The notes under the pieces were generated by a model, which was not told the DNA's origin, did no database searches, and saw only the letters and a list, made by a program, of their open reading frames with translations. From an uncultured Marinoscillum sp. (lineage in GTDB: Bacteria > Bacteroidota > Bacteroidia > Cytophagales > MED-G16): DNA of 64,000 nucleotides. Both the position numbers and the translations under genes were made by a program. Where the stretch lies: the NCBI GenBank assembly GCA_902626505.1, contig CACOFQ010000005.1, positions 3,401 through 67,400 on the forward strand, in the 5' to 3' direction. Positions within the stretch are counted from its first letter, which is position 1; each line of letters opens with the position of its first letter. Shown here piece by piece: positions 18,629-27,594 of this stretch.

Positions 18629-20053
18629 TCAATTATTAATTGAAATAGAATTTGCATTTGTTTCTTTCTTCATTTTTTCTAATTCTATAATTAATCTCTC
18701 CTTTTCCTCTGCAAATAAATTTGAGATATCATTTAATTCGCTAGGATCTTCTTTTAGATTAAATAATTTAGCTTCATTGGACTCGTAATCGAAAATTAGT
18801 TTCCAGTCACCTGATCGTATAGCTGAACCGGGCTTCCACAAACTACCATGGTAATGAGGGTAATGCCAATAAATATTTTCTCTATCAATTTTAGATTTTT
18901 CTAATAATCTAGGTATCAAGCTTATTCCATCAATTTTGTTTTCATTTTTTATCCCCGCAATATCTAGAATAGTTGGAAAAAGATCATAAGAAACTGTTAT
19001 ATCATCCACTATTTCCTTCTCAAAATTTCCGGGTAACTTAATTAGTTGTGGAATTTTAATTCCACCCTCATATAACCATCCTTTACCTGCTCTAAGAGGA
19101 TAGACAGATGTTGGAGCAACTCTTCTCAGAGTAGATAAACCTCCGTTATCTGAAGTTAAAATAATTAATGAATTTTCATATAACCCATTATCTTTAAGAT
19201 CATTAATTAACTTCCCTATATTTTCATCAACTGCATAAACCATAGATGCATACTCAGCATCAGTTTGATTTAATCTTGTTAGCGCGTCACCTTCATCTCT
19301 TGTTCTTGCAACATTATCGTTCATTCTTGATAATTTTTCTTTAAAATAACCGACATACTCCAAGTTTGCTTGAATTGGTGTGTGTACATTATAATATGAA
19401 AGAAAAAGGGCAAATGGCTTACTTGAATCTCTATTATTAATTAAATCCAAAGCTTCCTCTGTCAACCTATCTGTTAAATACTCCCCCTCAGGTCCATCAA
19501 TAAGTTTAGGGTTTTTATAAGGAGAATAATATCCTCCCATCGGACTACCCTTTTCAAATCCACCAATATTAATATCAAATCCATGATCTTCAGGATATGA
19601 TCCCTCAGAACCTAAATGCCATTTACCGACATAAAAAGTATTGTATCCAGAACTTTTTAATTTCTCAGCAATTGTAATTTCTTCAAGGGGAAGAGCATCT
19701 AAATCTTGTGGGCCGAGTAATGGTTTATCTTTTGGATCATTTCCTGGAATCCAATCAGTGATGTTGACTCTTGATGGGTGTTTCCCTGTCATAATAGACG
19801 CTCTGGTTGGAGAACATACTGAACTAGCAGAATAAGCATTTGTAAATTGGAAACTATAATTAGATAAAGTATCAATATTTGGGCTTTCATAAAATTTACT
19901 TCCTGTATAGCCTAAATCATTCCACCCCAAATCATCAACCAAGATAAATATAACATTGGGTGTATTAACTTTATTAGAATGATCAGTACAGCTATAAAAT
20001 ATTATTGGTATTATTACAGACAAACCAATTAATATTTTATTTATAAGCCCCAT
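18629..20053 (-). CDS. Arylsulfatase-family lipoprotein (formylglycine-dependent sulfatase)
   Basis: Lipobox IIFYSCTD. Sulfatase signature SSVCSPTRASIMTG (CxPxR). NVIFILVDDLGWND metal site. Confidence 0.9.
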   Translation of the reverse strand: MGLINKILIGLSVIIPIIFYSCTDHSNKVNTPNVIFILVDDLGWNDLGYTGSKFYESPNIDTLSNYSFQFTNAYSASSVCSPTRASIMTGKHPSRVNITDWIPGNDPKDKPLLGPQDLDALPLEEITIAEKLKSSGYNTFYVGKWHLGSEGSYPEDHGFDINIGGFEKGSPMGGYYSPYKNPKLIDGPEGEYLTDRLTEEALDLINNRDSSKPFALFLSYYNVHTPIQANLEYVGYFKEKLSRMNDNVARTRDEGDALTRLNQTDAEYASMVYAVDENIGKLINDLKDNGLYENSLIILTSDNGGLSTLRRVAPTSVYPLRAGKGWLYEGGIKIPQLIKLPGNFEKEIVDDITVSYDLFPTILDIAGIKNENKIDGISLIPRLLEKSKIDRENIYWHYPHYHGSLWKPGSAIRSGDWKLIFDYESNEAKLFNLKEDPSELNDISNLFAEEKERLIIELEKMKKETNANSISINN

Positions 20054-20062
20054 GAGCGTTGT

Positions 20063-20518
20063 CTAGTTTGAAGTATAGGGTAGAGAAGAATGATGCAATA
20101 CTATCTTAACAGTCTCTCCTATTCTTTTATAAACAAACGAATACTCTACTTTAGTTTTATCACCATTCTGATCAGTAAAAAAATAATTACCCATAGCCAT
20201 ACCTATATCTCCATAAATATTAATGCTTTCATTTTTAAATTCTACATTAATCCAAGGGTTTAAAGCAAAACCTGAATCCTCAGAAAAACTAGGATTATTA
20301 CCTATGAAATATGATAGAGCAGAATCAAAATCATTTCTAAACTGATTTTCAGAAGCTTTTGTAGGCTTGAACTGAACATTACCATTTTTAAAATCATAAA
20401 GTTCATTTATAAATTTTGATGTAACTGATGACGATTCTTCAAAGTTATTTTTAGTTTTTCCAATTTCAACTATTCCATTTGCCCACTTATTTTGATTTTC
20501 TAGAATTAGGTCTTTCAT
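20063..20518 (-). CDS. NTF2/SnoaL-like fold protein, function unknown
   Basis: Pattern W..GI......F..LY......F.PT......R......YF...(G.YFF)...VEYSFVYKR....KIVLHHSSLP resembles NTF2-like small proteins. 9 nt upstream of the sulfatase gene, so probably co-transcribed. Confidence 0.45.
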   Translation of the reverse strand: MKDLILENQNKWANGIVEIGKTKNNFEESSSVTSKFINELYDFKNGNVQFKPTKASENQFRNDFDSALSYFIGNNPSFSEDSGFALNPWINVEFKNESINIYGDIGMAMGNYFFTDQNGDKTKVEYSFVYKRIGETVKIVLHHSSLPYTSN

Positions 20519-20590
20519 AAGAATTAAAATGTGTTTACTTAAAAATTTTACTTAAATTAAATTAAAATCACTTCATAACAATAAAGAATT

Positions 20591-21418
20591 ATGAATAAAA
20601 CAATAAGAATCTTACTTTTTGGTTTGCTTCTTTTCTCATGTTCAGAAGAAGGCACAACTATTGAAAGACAATTTCTTCCATTAAAGATAAATGAGACCTC
20701 TGGCCTAGAATATTACAATAATAATTTCTTGACACATAATGACTCAGGTGGCGAAACCATATTATATGAGTTTAATAAGGAAGGTAATATAGTTGATGAA
20801 CACTTTATTGAAAATTGTGGTGAAAATAATGACTGGGAAGATATAACTGCAGATAGTAAACACATTTATATAGCTAATTCAGGAAATAATTATGGGAATA
20901 GACAAAATCTTGCTGTTTTAATACTTGATAAAGAAAGTGATTTTGAGTGCACGGGTCAGATACAATTTAAGTATAAGAATCAAGTTAATTTTGAAAACAG
21001 AAATAGGCACCCATACGACTCAGAGGGAATAATTTCTGTAGGCGACGAACTGATCTTATTTTCTAAAGACAGAGAAAATCTTATGACCGAGTTGTATTCC
21101 TTACCTAAAATACCTGGATCCTATGAAATTGAATCCATTTATTCTTATTCTGTAAATTCTTTAATTACTGGCGCTGACTATAATGAAAAATTAAAATTAG
21201 TTGCGCTAGTAGGGTATGATTTTAATTGGAACCAGTACTTCTATAAGATAAGTAATTTTGATCTTTCAAATATGGATCAAACTGTTATTGAAAAGTTTAA
21301 AATCCCAATAGGAAAAGCTCAGATAGAGGCAGTCAAAATTATTGATGAGTCGTCTTTTTGGATTACCTCAGAAGATGAGGGAAATGGATTTCCTCGACTA
21401 TTCAAATTTAAAATTTAA
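20591..21418 (+). CDS. Lipoprotein, possibly beta-propeller-like, unknown function
   Basis: Lipobox GLLLFSCSE. ETSGLEY...THNDSGG...DWEDITAD...YIANSGNNYGNR motifs. Family not firmly recognised. Confidence 0.6.
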   Translation: MNKTIRILLFGLLLFSCSEEGTTIERQFLPLKINETSGLEYYNNNFLTHNDSGGETILYEFNKEGNIVDEHFIENCGENNDWEDITADSKHIYIANSGNNYGNRQNLAVLILDKESDFECTGQIQFKYKNQVNFENRNRHPYDSEGIISVGDELILFSKDRENLMTELYSLPKIPGSYEIESIYSYSVNSLITGADYNEKLKLVALVGYDFNWNQYFYKISNFDLSNMDQTVIEKFKIPIGKAQIEAVKIIDESSFWITSEDEGNGFPRLFKFKI

Positions 21419-21431
21419 TATAGAAATCAAC

Positions 21432-21461
21432 AAAAAAGGGCATGAATATTATACCCTTTTT
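21432..21461. terminator. Candidate bidirectional intrinsic terminator between convergent genes
   Basis: AAAAAAGGGCATGA-ATA-TTATACCCTTTTT: an imperfect stem (GGG/CCC, one mismatch, four A-T/G-U pairs) flanked by an A-run and a T-run. This is the only convergent junction in the window with room for a hairpin. Confidence 0.35.
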
Positions 21462-21481
21462 AAATTTAACATCAAAAGTTT

Positions 21482-22129
21482 TTATTCTTGATCTTGATAT
21501 TTATAATAATCACCAACAGGGTACATTACATGAGCATAAGGCGTCCCAGCAAACATTACATAAGGCTCTCCAGAATTAAAATCAGTAGTCATGCCATCTA
21601 ATGAAGCAGGGTCCTTAGGCATTCTCATAAGGTGGGGGCCAGACTCAATCCAATGTCCTTCAGCTGCGTCTTCCTTATTTAGAACCATAGGCTTTGTATT
21701 ATCCTCACCCATGTCACCATGTAACATCCATGCGTATCCATCTTTCTCCATAACATCTCCTGGAATAGTTCCATTAAAATATGCTATCACCCACTTAAAG
21801 AACTCTGCGTCACCACAAGCTGGCATTGCCTCATGTGGATCTACCCAACCATTTTCTGGATCAGACATACCTCTTGGGTTAGCTGGGACACAAGTCCATC
21901 CGTTTGTACCTTCTCTCAATAAATTACCTCCGGGAGCATCATAAACAGCTGCACCTTCAGCAATAAATTCTGGGGCTGCAGTTGAGTAAGCCCACACTTG
22001 CCACTCAACACTTGTATGTGGACCATCAGGCTCACCATCCATACTCATTCCCATATCGGTATTTTGAGTAGGTGCAGAGCATGCAGTCAAAATAAAAATC
22101 GATGCTATTATTAGATAAATTTTTCTCAT
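21482..22129 (-). CDS. Lipoprotein of unknown function, compositionally atypical (Met/His/Trp/Gly/Pro-rich)
   Basis: Lipobox IFILTACSA. 215 aa. G+C clearly above neighbours (30/60 and 26/60 in lines 21601 and 21661, versus 13/60 and 16/60 in flanking genes). The elevated GC creates a long antisense shadow ORF. Confidence 0.75.
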   Translation of the reverse strand: MRKIYLIIASIFILTACSAPTQNTDMGMSMDGEPDGPHTSVEWQVWAYSTAAPEFIAEGAAVYDAPGGNLLREGTNGWTCVPANPRGMSDPENGWVDPHEAMPACGDAEFFKWVIAYFNGTIPGDVMEKDGYAWMLHGDMGEDNTKPMVLNKEDAAEGHWIESGPHLMRMPKDPASLDGMTTDFNSGEPYVMFAGTPYAHVMYPVGDYYKYQDQE

Positions 22130-22216
22130 TTCTTAATAGTTTATAAATTAAAATATGAGATCAATATAAATTAAAATTTGAAGAAGTAAAAAAAAGAGTC
22201 GAAAGTCAACAATAAA

Positions 22217-22432
22217 TTAACCTGAGCACTCACCTTCTGACCAGGAAGTAACACCATCTACCTCAGCATAACATGAGTTAGAATATGTTTCGTTATTACA
22301 TCCACAAACTGGCTGGTAGATTTCAATACAAGCCATGTCATCAATTTTACCAGTTTTACAAGGGGAAGAAGAATCTTCGTCATCACAACTAATAAATAGT
22401 AATCCCAGTAATAGAATTAAAATATTTTTCAT
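22217..22432 (-). CDS. Small lipoprotein with a Kazal-type protease-inhibitor-like domain
   Basis: Lipobox LLFISCDD. Six further Cys with the Kazal core signature C-x6-PVCG-x4-TYSNSC...GEC. Confidence 0.7.
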   Translation of the reverse strand: MKNILILLLGLLFISCDDEDSSSPCKTGKIDDMACIEIYQPVCGCNNETYSNSCYAEVDGVTSWSEGECSG

Positions 22433-22434
22433 AA

Positions 22435-22800
22435 TTAATTTATTTTAAATTTAGATATAGTATATCCAATTTCCTCGTCTGCAATCATTTCATCCATATC
22501 AAAATATATATAGATAGGATAACCATAATTTTCATCAAATTGAAATGAATAGCTAAAAGGATCATCTTCTAATTTAGAATCTATTATATTAAATAACTCC
22601 TCTATTGTTTTAACATCCCAATACTCATTCTGTAGCTGTTCTAATGTTACAGATTTACCATTAACCTTAAATAAATCATTGTTTTTAATTTCAATATTAT
22701 TTGGACCGTCATAAATACAATAGCATGATACATTTAAAGTATATTCATAGTTATTGAAATTTTTATTGCCCCATTTTTCTCTAGCCAAACTTAAGTCCAT
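22435..22800 (-). CDS. Small uncharacterised protein, probably a lipoprotein whose true start lies upstream (to about 22866)
   Basis: The track ORF starts at ATG 22800. The in-frame upstream codons read KTNLIRNFVLIFLFFSCETLDPNPKE, a signal peptide plus lipobox. 2-nt gap to the Kazal-like gene. Confidence 0.65.
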   Translation of the reverse strand: MDLSLAREKWGNKNFNNYEYTLNVSCYCIYDGPNNIEIKNNDLFKVNGKSVTLEQLQNEYWDVKTIEELFNIIDSKLEDDPFSYSFQFDENYGYPIYIYFDMDEMIADEEIGYTISKFKIN

Positions 22801-22920
22801 TTCTTTAGGATTAGGGTCTAGGGTTTCACAAGAAAAGAATAAAAAAATTAAGACAAAATTTCTAATAAGATTGGTTTTTTATTAATAACGCGAATATAAA
22901 ATATATATTTTATAAAGATT

Positions 22921-24438
22921 TTATATTAGGATATTTCCTGACATGTCATTTGGTATATCGATACCCATAATTTTAAGAACCGTTGGGGCAATATCACCCA
23001 GCTTACCGTCTTTAGGTGAGTAATTATTTTCAGAAAAGACAATAAAAGGAACAAGGTTTGTTGTATGATAAGTGTGAGGGGAACCATCTTCATTTCTCAT
23101 AAGTTCAGCATTTCCGTGATCGGCTGTTAGTAATATGGTATAACCATTATTACGTGCCGCTTCAACAATTTTAGAAACTTCCATATCAACAATTTCACAA
23201 GCTTTAACAGCAGCATCAAAGTCACCTGTGTGACCAACCATATCTGGATTTGCAAAGTTTAAACAAGCAAAATCAAATGATCTTTCATTTACCTCAGAGA
23301 TAAATTTTTTAGTTACATCATGAGCACTCATTTCTGGTTTCAAATCATAAGTAGCTACCTTAGGAGATGGACATAATATCCTTTTCTCTAAATTAAACTC
23401 TTTCTCTCTCCCACCAGAAAAGAAAAATGTAACATGAGGGTACTTCTCTGTTTCAGCTATCCTCAATTGTATTTTTGAGTTATTTGATAGAACTTCTCCA
23501 AGAGTGTTTTTAATATTTTCTTTTGAATACAATACTGAAACGTTACTGAAGCTTTCGTCATACTCTGTTAAGGTTAAGTATTTTAAATTTAGCTTTTTCA
23601 TGTCAAAAGTATCGTTGTCCTCCTGAGTTAGAACTTTTGATATCTGACGCATTCTATCAGATCTATAGTTAAAACAAAAAACAACATCACCATTTTTAAT
23701 TTTTGAAATAGGTTGATCATCATCTTTAATACATACAATTGGTTTTATAAACTCGTCAGTTATCCCTTCATTATAAGACTGTTTTATTGATGATAAAATA
23801 TCTCTTGAATTAATTCCAACACCATTAACCATAGCATCATAAGATAATTTTATTCTTTCCCATCTATTATCTCTATCCATAGAATAATATCTTCCAGAAA
23901 CTGATGCAATTGAGATATTTGATCCATCTATGTAAGAAATTAATTTAGCAATTTGGTTATAGCTATCTTTTGGACTACAATCTCTCCCATCTGTGAAAAG
24001 ATGTAAGCTAATTTTTGATAATGAAGTTTTTTTAAGATATTCTAATATAAGGTATAAGTGATCAGAATGTGAGTGAACTCCACCATCAGAAAAAAGACCA
24101 GTCAAATGAAATGTTGAGAAATTTTTAGTTGCATATTCTACCGCTGCAATAAAATCTTTTTTATTTTTAATTCCATCATTTGATAATGATTTATTAAGTC
24201 TAATTAAATCTTGATCGACTACTCTCCCTGCTCCAATATTCACATGCCCAACCTCTGAATTACCCATTTGGCCATATGGTAGTCCAACGTCCTCACCAGA
24301 AGCTGATAATTTAGAATTTGGGTATTGATGTAGTGCATTATCATAAAATGGAGTTTTAGCTTGATATACTGCAGACTTATCAGACGCATCTCCAATTCCC
24401 CATCCATCCATAATCATAAGAATCACTTTCTCACTCAT
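22921..24438 (-). CDS. gpmI: 2,3-bisphosphoglycerate-independent phosphoglycerate mutase
   Basis: ILMIMDGWG, MGNSEVGHVNIGAGR (catalytic Ser), ADHGNAE motifs. 505 aa. Confidence 0.95.
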   Translation of the reverse strand: MSEKVILMIMDGWGIGDASDKSAVYQAKTPFYDNALHQYPNSKLSASGEDVGLPYGQMGNSEVGHVNIGAGRVVDQDLIRLNKSLSNDGIKNKKDFIAAVEYATKNFSTFHLTGLFSDGGVHSHSDHLYLILEYLKKTSLSKISLHLFTDGRDCSPKDSYNQIAKLISYIDGSNISIASVSGRYYSMDRDNRWERIKLSYDAMVNGVGINSRDILSSIKQSYNEGITDEFIKPIVCIKDDDQPISKIKNGDVVFCFNYRSDRMRQISKVLTQEDNDTFDMKKLNLKYLTLTEYDESFSNVSVLYSKENIKNTLGEVLSNNSKIQLRIAETEKYPHVTFFFSGGREKEFNLEKRILCPSPKVATYDLKPEMSAHDVTKKFISEVNERSFDFACLNFANPDMVGHTGDFDAAVKACEIVDMEVSKIVEAARNNGYTILLTADHGNAELMRNEDGSPHTYHTTNLVPFIVFSENNYSPKDGKLGDIAPTVLKIMGIDIPNDMSGNILI

Positions 24439-24500
24439 AATTGTAAAAATAATTATTGAATTTTAGGTATTTACATTATTTTTCAAAAGATTTAGTAATT

Positions 24501-24872
24501 ATGAAGAAAGTTGTATTTTGTTTCATTCTATTTTTTAATAACCCTAATTCATTAGAGGATTTAATAACTTCCCTTGAAATAAGAAGTAGTAAAGTCATAT
24601 CAAATTACTTTGATTCTAATAGTGAAATAATAATTAATGAAAAAGTATCAAAAGGGAATAAATTTCAACTAACAAAGACTCTAGATAATTTTTTTACAGA
24701 AAATAATTTAAGAGAGTTCAAAATTATCCATAAAGGAGACTCACAAAATAATATATTTTATATGCTTGCTGAGTACTCGTCTAATGACGATATTTACAAA
24801 GTCTTTTTAACGCTATTTAAAGATGAAAAAAAGTATATTATTCAAAAATTTAAAATTGATATTAGAGAATGA
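24501..24872 (+). CDS. Secreted small protein (DUF4783-like)
   Basis: The internal ATG at 24501 gives the signal-like N-terminus MKKVVFCFILFF. The track start at 24456 adds an unlikely extension. Confidence 0.5.
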   Translation: MKKVVFCFILFFNNPNSLEDLITSLEIRSSKVISNYFDSNSEIIINEKVSKGNKFQLTKTLDNFFTENNLREFKIIHKGDSQNNIFYMLAEYSSNDDIYKVFLTLFKDEKKYIIQKFKIDIRE

Positions 24873-25342
24873 TTATTAGAACCAAAAAATTTCAAATGAA
24901 TAAAAGCCAATATATTAAAAAGGGGTTTTTTAATCTTTTAATCGAGCAATGGTGGGTATTCATTATATATTTAGGAGTTTGCGGGATGCACTATTTTATA
25001 CCTTCACTATGGTGGATTATAGGGGGGTCTATAGCTTTATTTTTATATCTTATTTTTTGGCTCATTCAATTTTTTGGAGTTACCCAAGTAGAACAAAGTA
25101 GTTACATGTTCGAAAGATTATCATATGAAATATCAAGTAACCAGTTAATGATGAAAATAAACAATAAACAAGGAATGCCAATAAAATGGGAGTCCATTAA
25201 AAAAGTTAAAATTCAAAGTGACGGATTTTTATTTAAACTTAATATTGTTCAGTTCATCATATTTCCTTTCAGAGTATTTAACAATGAGAATGAAATTAGA
25301 TTTCTAAAAAGCATTTTAAATAGAAAGGGCTATGTCAAATGA
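24869..25342 (+). CDS. Two-TM membrane protein (YcxB-like)
   Basis: Two adjacent hydrophobic helices followed by a small soluble domain. 4-nt overlap with the upstream gene. Confidence 0.5.
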   Translation: MIIRTKKFQMNKSQYIKKGFFNLLIEQWWVFIIYLGVCGMHYFIPSLWWIIGGSIALFLYLIFWLIQFFGVTQVEQSSYMFERLSYEISSNQLMMKINNKQGMPIKWESIKKVKIQSDGFLFKLNIVQFIIFPFRVFNNENEIRFLKSILNRKGYVK

Positions 25343-25775
25343 TATATCACAAAATGAAGCAATGCAAATTGCAATGAAATTTTGTGGATATAGAGAACGA
25401 TCAAAAAAAGAAGTCGAAGACAAATTAAAAGCGAAAAGTTTTAATCAAAAAATTATTAAAATTTGTATTGATAGACTTATTGAATTAGACTTTCTAAATA
25501 ACATAAGATTTTCTAAATCATTTTCAAGAGGAAAAAATAATAACAATAGATGGGGAAAAAATAAAATTAAATTTCATTTGAAAAATAAAGGCTTGACCGA
25601 TGATGAAATTAATATAGGGATTGAAAGTATAGATGAAGAATCTTATCTTAATATTTTAAAAAAAAATATAGAGTTATACAATAAAAAATTAAAGGAGCCT
25701 GACAGAAATAAACTAATTGGACATTTAATTAACAAGGGTTATGAGATGGATCTAATTCTAAGACACATATTATGA
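25332..25775 (+). CDS. recX: RecX-family regulatory protein
   Basis: A..FCGYRERSKKEVEDKLK followed by repeated three-helix segments (FLNNIRFSKSF...). Size 147 aa. Confidence 0.75.
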   Translation: MSNDISQNEAMQIAMKFCGYRERSKKEVEDKLKAKSFNQKIIKICIDRLIELDFLNNIRFSKSFSRGKNNNNRWGKNKIKFHLKNKGLTDDEINIGIESIDEESYLNILKKNIELYNKKLKEPDRNKLIGHLINKGYEMDLILRHIL

Positions 25776-26930
25776 TCTCAATTTAGAAATACTAATATAA
25801 TTGACAAAAAGTCTAGTAATTATTCCTAAAATAAATAAAATAAGAACCTCACTTAAATTTTGAGGGATCCATTTCCATAGAATTAATAACGCTGATAATA
25901 AAATCCCATAAAAAAAGAAATACCATTTAATAAAGTTTACTTTTTTATTTTTCAACAAAACTACTGCTATGATTATGTTAAAAGGCATAGCCCAAATTAT
26001 ATTGAAATTATATGATGATAGATGGTCAGTAAAAAACCACAAATAGACTAAAAGACATCCAATTATTCCCGAAATTAATAAATATGAAAAGTCAAAAAGA
26101 AAATATTTTATTCCATACTTAACTTGTCTAAAAGAGAAATAAATTGATGCAATAAAAAATATCAAGATTATATAAAAAGGACTCAATAAATTACCAACAA
26201 ATTCCTCCTTCTGTAAATTAATAATATTTGTCTGTGATACAATTTTTTTATTTCCGTCTAATAAAGCATCTTCTACACCTTTAAATAAATATTCTGGAAG
26301 GAACATTTCTTCATTGAAAGATACATAATAATCAATCTCTGGACCAAGACAAATATCAATACCTAAATTACCCCATTTGTTATTTTTCAAGAATAAATCC
26401 ATAAGCTGACGAAAAGATTTATTTTCAGGTTTAGACGTAAAAGTTAAACTTTGGCCATAAACATTATTAAGCACATCTCTAATTTTTGTAGCACAATTAT
26501 CATAAACATAATTATATAGATATGTTCTGTTTTCAGGCCTTATATTCTGCTCTAAAATATTATATAATAAAATTTTCTCAGATTCTTCAAGAGATAAAAC
26601 CTGCTCTTTAATATATCTATCCTGATTAATATAGTATTTTTCAGCAGTTCTGTAGTCATATTTAGCAACCATATAAAGGAGATTACCATTTAAAAAATTT
26701 ATATAAAAATTTGGTTGATTAAAATCAAAGATTCCATAATTATAAAAATGATCAATTTTATTTCTTTTATCTACGTACCGTATCCCACTGTGACCAAATG
26801 CACTATATAATTCAGATTCATATGGCCCAATTGTTATAATTGAGAACTTTATCTCATCATTTGCTTTAATAGAAAAAGAAAAAACAAATAATAAAATAAT
26901 TAGAAGTATTCTTTTATTTTTTTTTACCAT
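25770..26930 (-). CDS. DUF4105-domain protein with a C-terminal multi-TM region
   Basis: Signal peptide. ELYSAFGHSGIRY motif characteristic of DUF4105 (Lnb N-terminal-like). Four to five C-terminal TM helices. Confidence 0.65.
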   Translation of the reverse strand: MVKKNKRILLIILLFVFSFSIKANDEIKFSIITIGPYESELYSAFGHSGIRYVDKRNKIDHFYNYGIFDFNQPNFYINFLNGNLLYMVAKYDYRTAEKYYINQDRYIKEQVLSLEESEKILLYNILEQNIRPENRTYLYNYVYDNCATKIRDVLNNVYGQSLTFTSKPENKSFRQLMDLFLKNNKWGNLGIDICLGPEIDYYVSFNEEMFLPEYLFKGVEDALLDGNKKIVSQTNIINLQKEEFVGNLLSPFYIILIFFIASIYFSFRQVKYGIKYFLFDFSYLLISGIIGCLLVYLWFFTDHLSSYNFNIIWAMPFNIIIAVVLLKNKKVNFIKWYFFFYGILLSALLILWKWIPQNLSEVLILFILGIITRLFVNYISISKLRS

Positions 26931-27594
26931 CTATAACTATTACAAACTCCCCTTTAACATTTTTATTTTTAAATTTATCATATAATTCTTTTAGAGTACC
27001 CCTAATATTTTCTTGATAAATTTTAGATAATTCTCTAGAGATTGAAGCCTTTCTATCCTCACCCAAGAAAACCATTAAATCATTCAATAATCTTAAAATT
27101 TTTTTAGGGGATTCATAGATTACTATTGATCTTTTTTCTTCCACTAAATTTATAATCCTTTTATTTCGACCTTTTTTTGCCGGAAGAAAACCCTCAAAAA
27201 CAAACCTATCTGAAGATAGACCAGAATTAACAATAGCAGGAATTAGAGCAGTTGCTCCCGGCAAACAATTAATTTCAATATTATTTTTGATAGATTCTCT
27301 TACAATTAAAAAACCAGGATCAGAAATTGATGGTGTTCCGGCGTCAGATATTAATGAAACGATCTTTCCATCAAGAATTTGATCAATATGTTGCTGTACA
27401 GTCTTATGTTCATTATACGAGTGGAATGAAACTAGCTGAACTTCTATATTATACTTACTTAATAGTTTCTTAGACACTCGCGTATCTTCACATAGTATAT
27501 AATCTGATTTTTTTAAAGTTTCAAGTGATCTAAAAGTTATGTCGTCAAGATTTCCGATTGGAGTGGGGACAATATTTAAAATTTTATCATTCAT
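26914..27594 (-). CDS. rsmI: 16S rRNA (cytidine1402-2'-O)-methyltransferase
   Basis: LNIVPTPIGNLDDITFRSLE, CEDTRVS, LISDAGTPSISDPG, GFLP motifs. Confidence 0.9.
   Translation of the reverse strand: MNDKILNIVPTPIGNLDDITFRSLETLKKSDYILCEDTRVSKKLLSKYNIEVQLVSFHSYNEHKTVQQHIDQILDGKIVSLISDAGTPSISDPGFLIVRESIKNNIEINCLPGATALIPAIVNSGLSSDRFVFEGFLPAKKGRNKRIINLVEEKRSIVIYESPKKILRLLNDLMVFLGEDRKASISRELSKIYQENIRGTLKELYDKFKNKNVKGEFVIVIDGKKK

Noticed and set aside
18546-18788. 80-aa plus-strand ORF
   Set aside because: Its first 24 codons are simply the tRNA-Val sequence, and the rest is antisense to the sulfatase gene 3' end.
21785-21794. 10-nt match (TATCACCCAC) to the tRNA-Val 3' end (18610-18619) as a possible attR of a tRNA-integrated island
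   Set aside because: It is only 10 nt long, lies inside a coding sequence, and has no integrase nearby. A chance match of this length is plausible in 64 kb.
21591-21944. 117-aa plus-strand ORF inside the GC-rich lipoprotein gene
   Set aside because: It is antisense to a much longer ORF that has a clear lipoprotein signal. Its Pro/Ser/Gly-rich translation is typical of a shadow frame created by locally elevated GC.
22130-22216. T8 run after the Kazal-like gene as an intrinsic terminator
   Set aside because: I could not fold a convincing GC-containing stem immediately upstream of the T-run.
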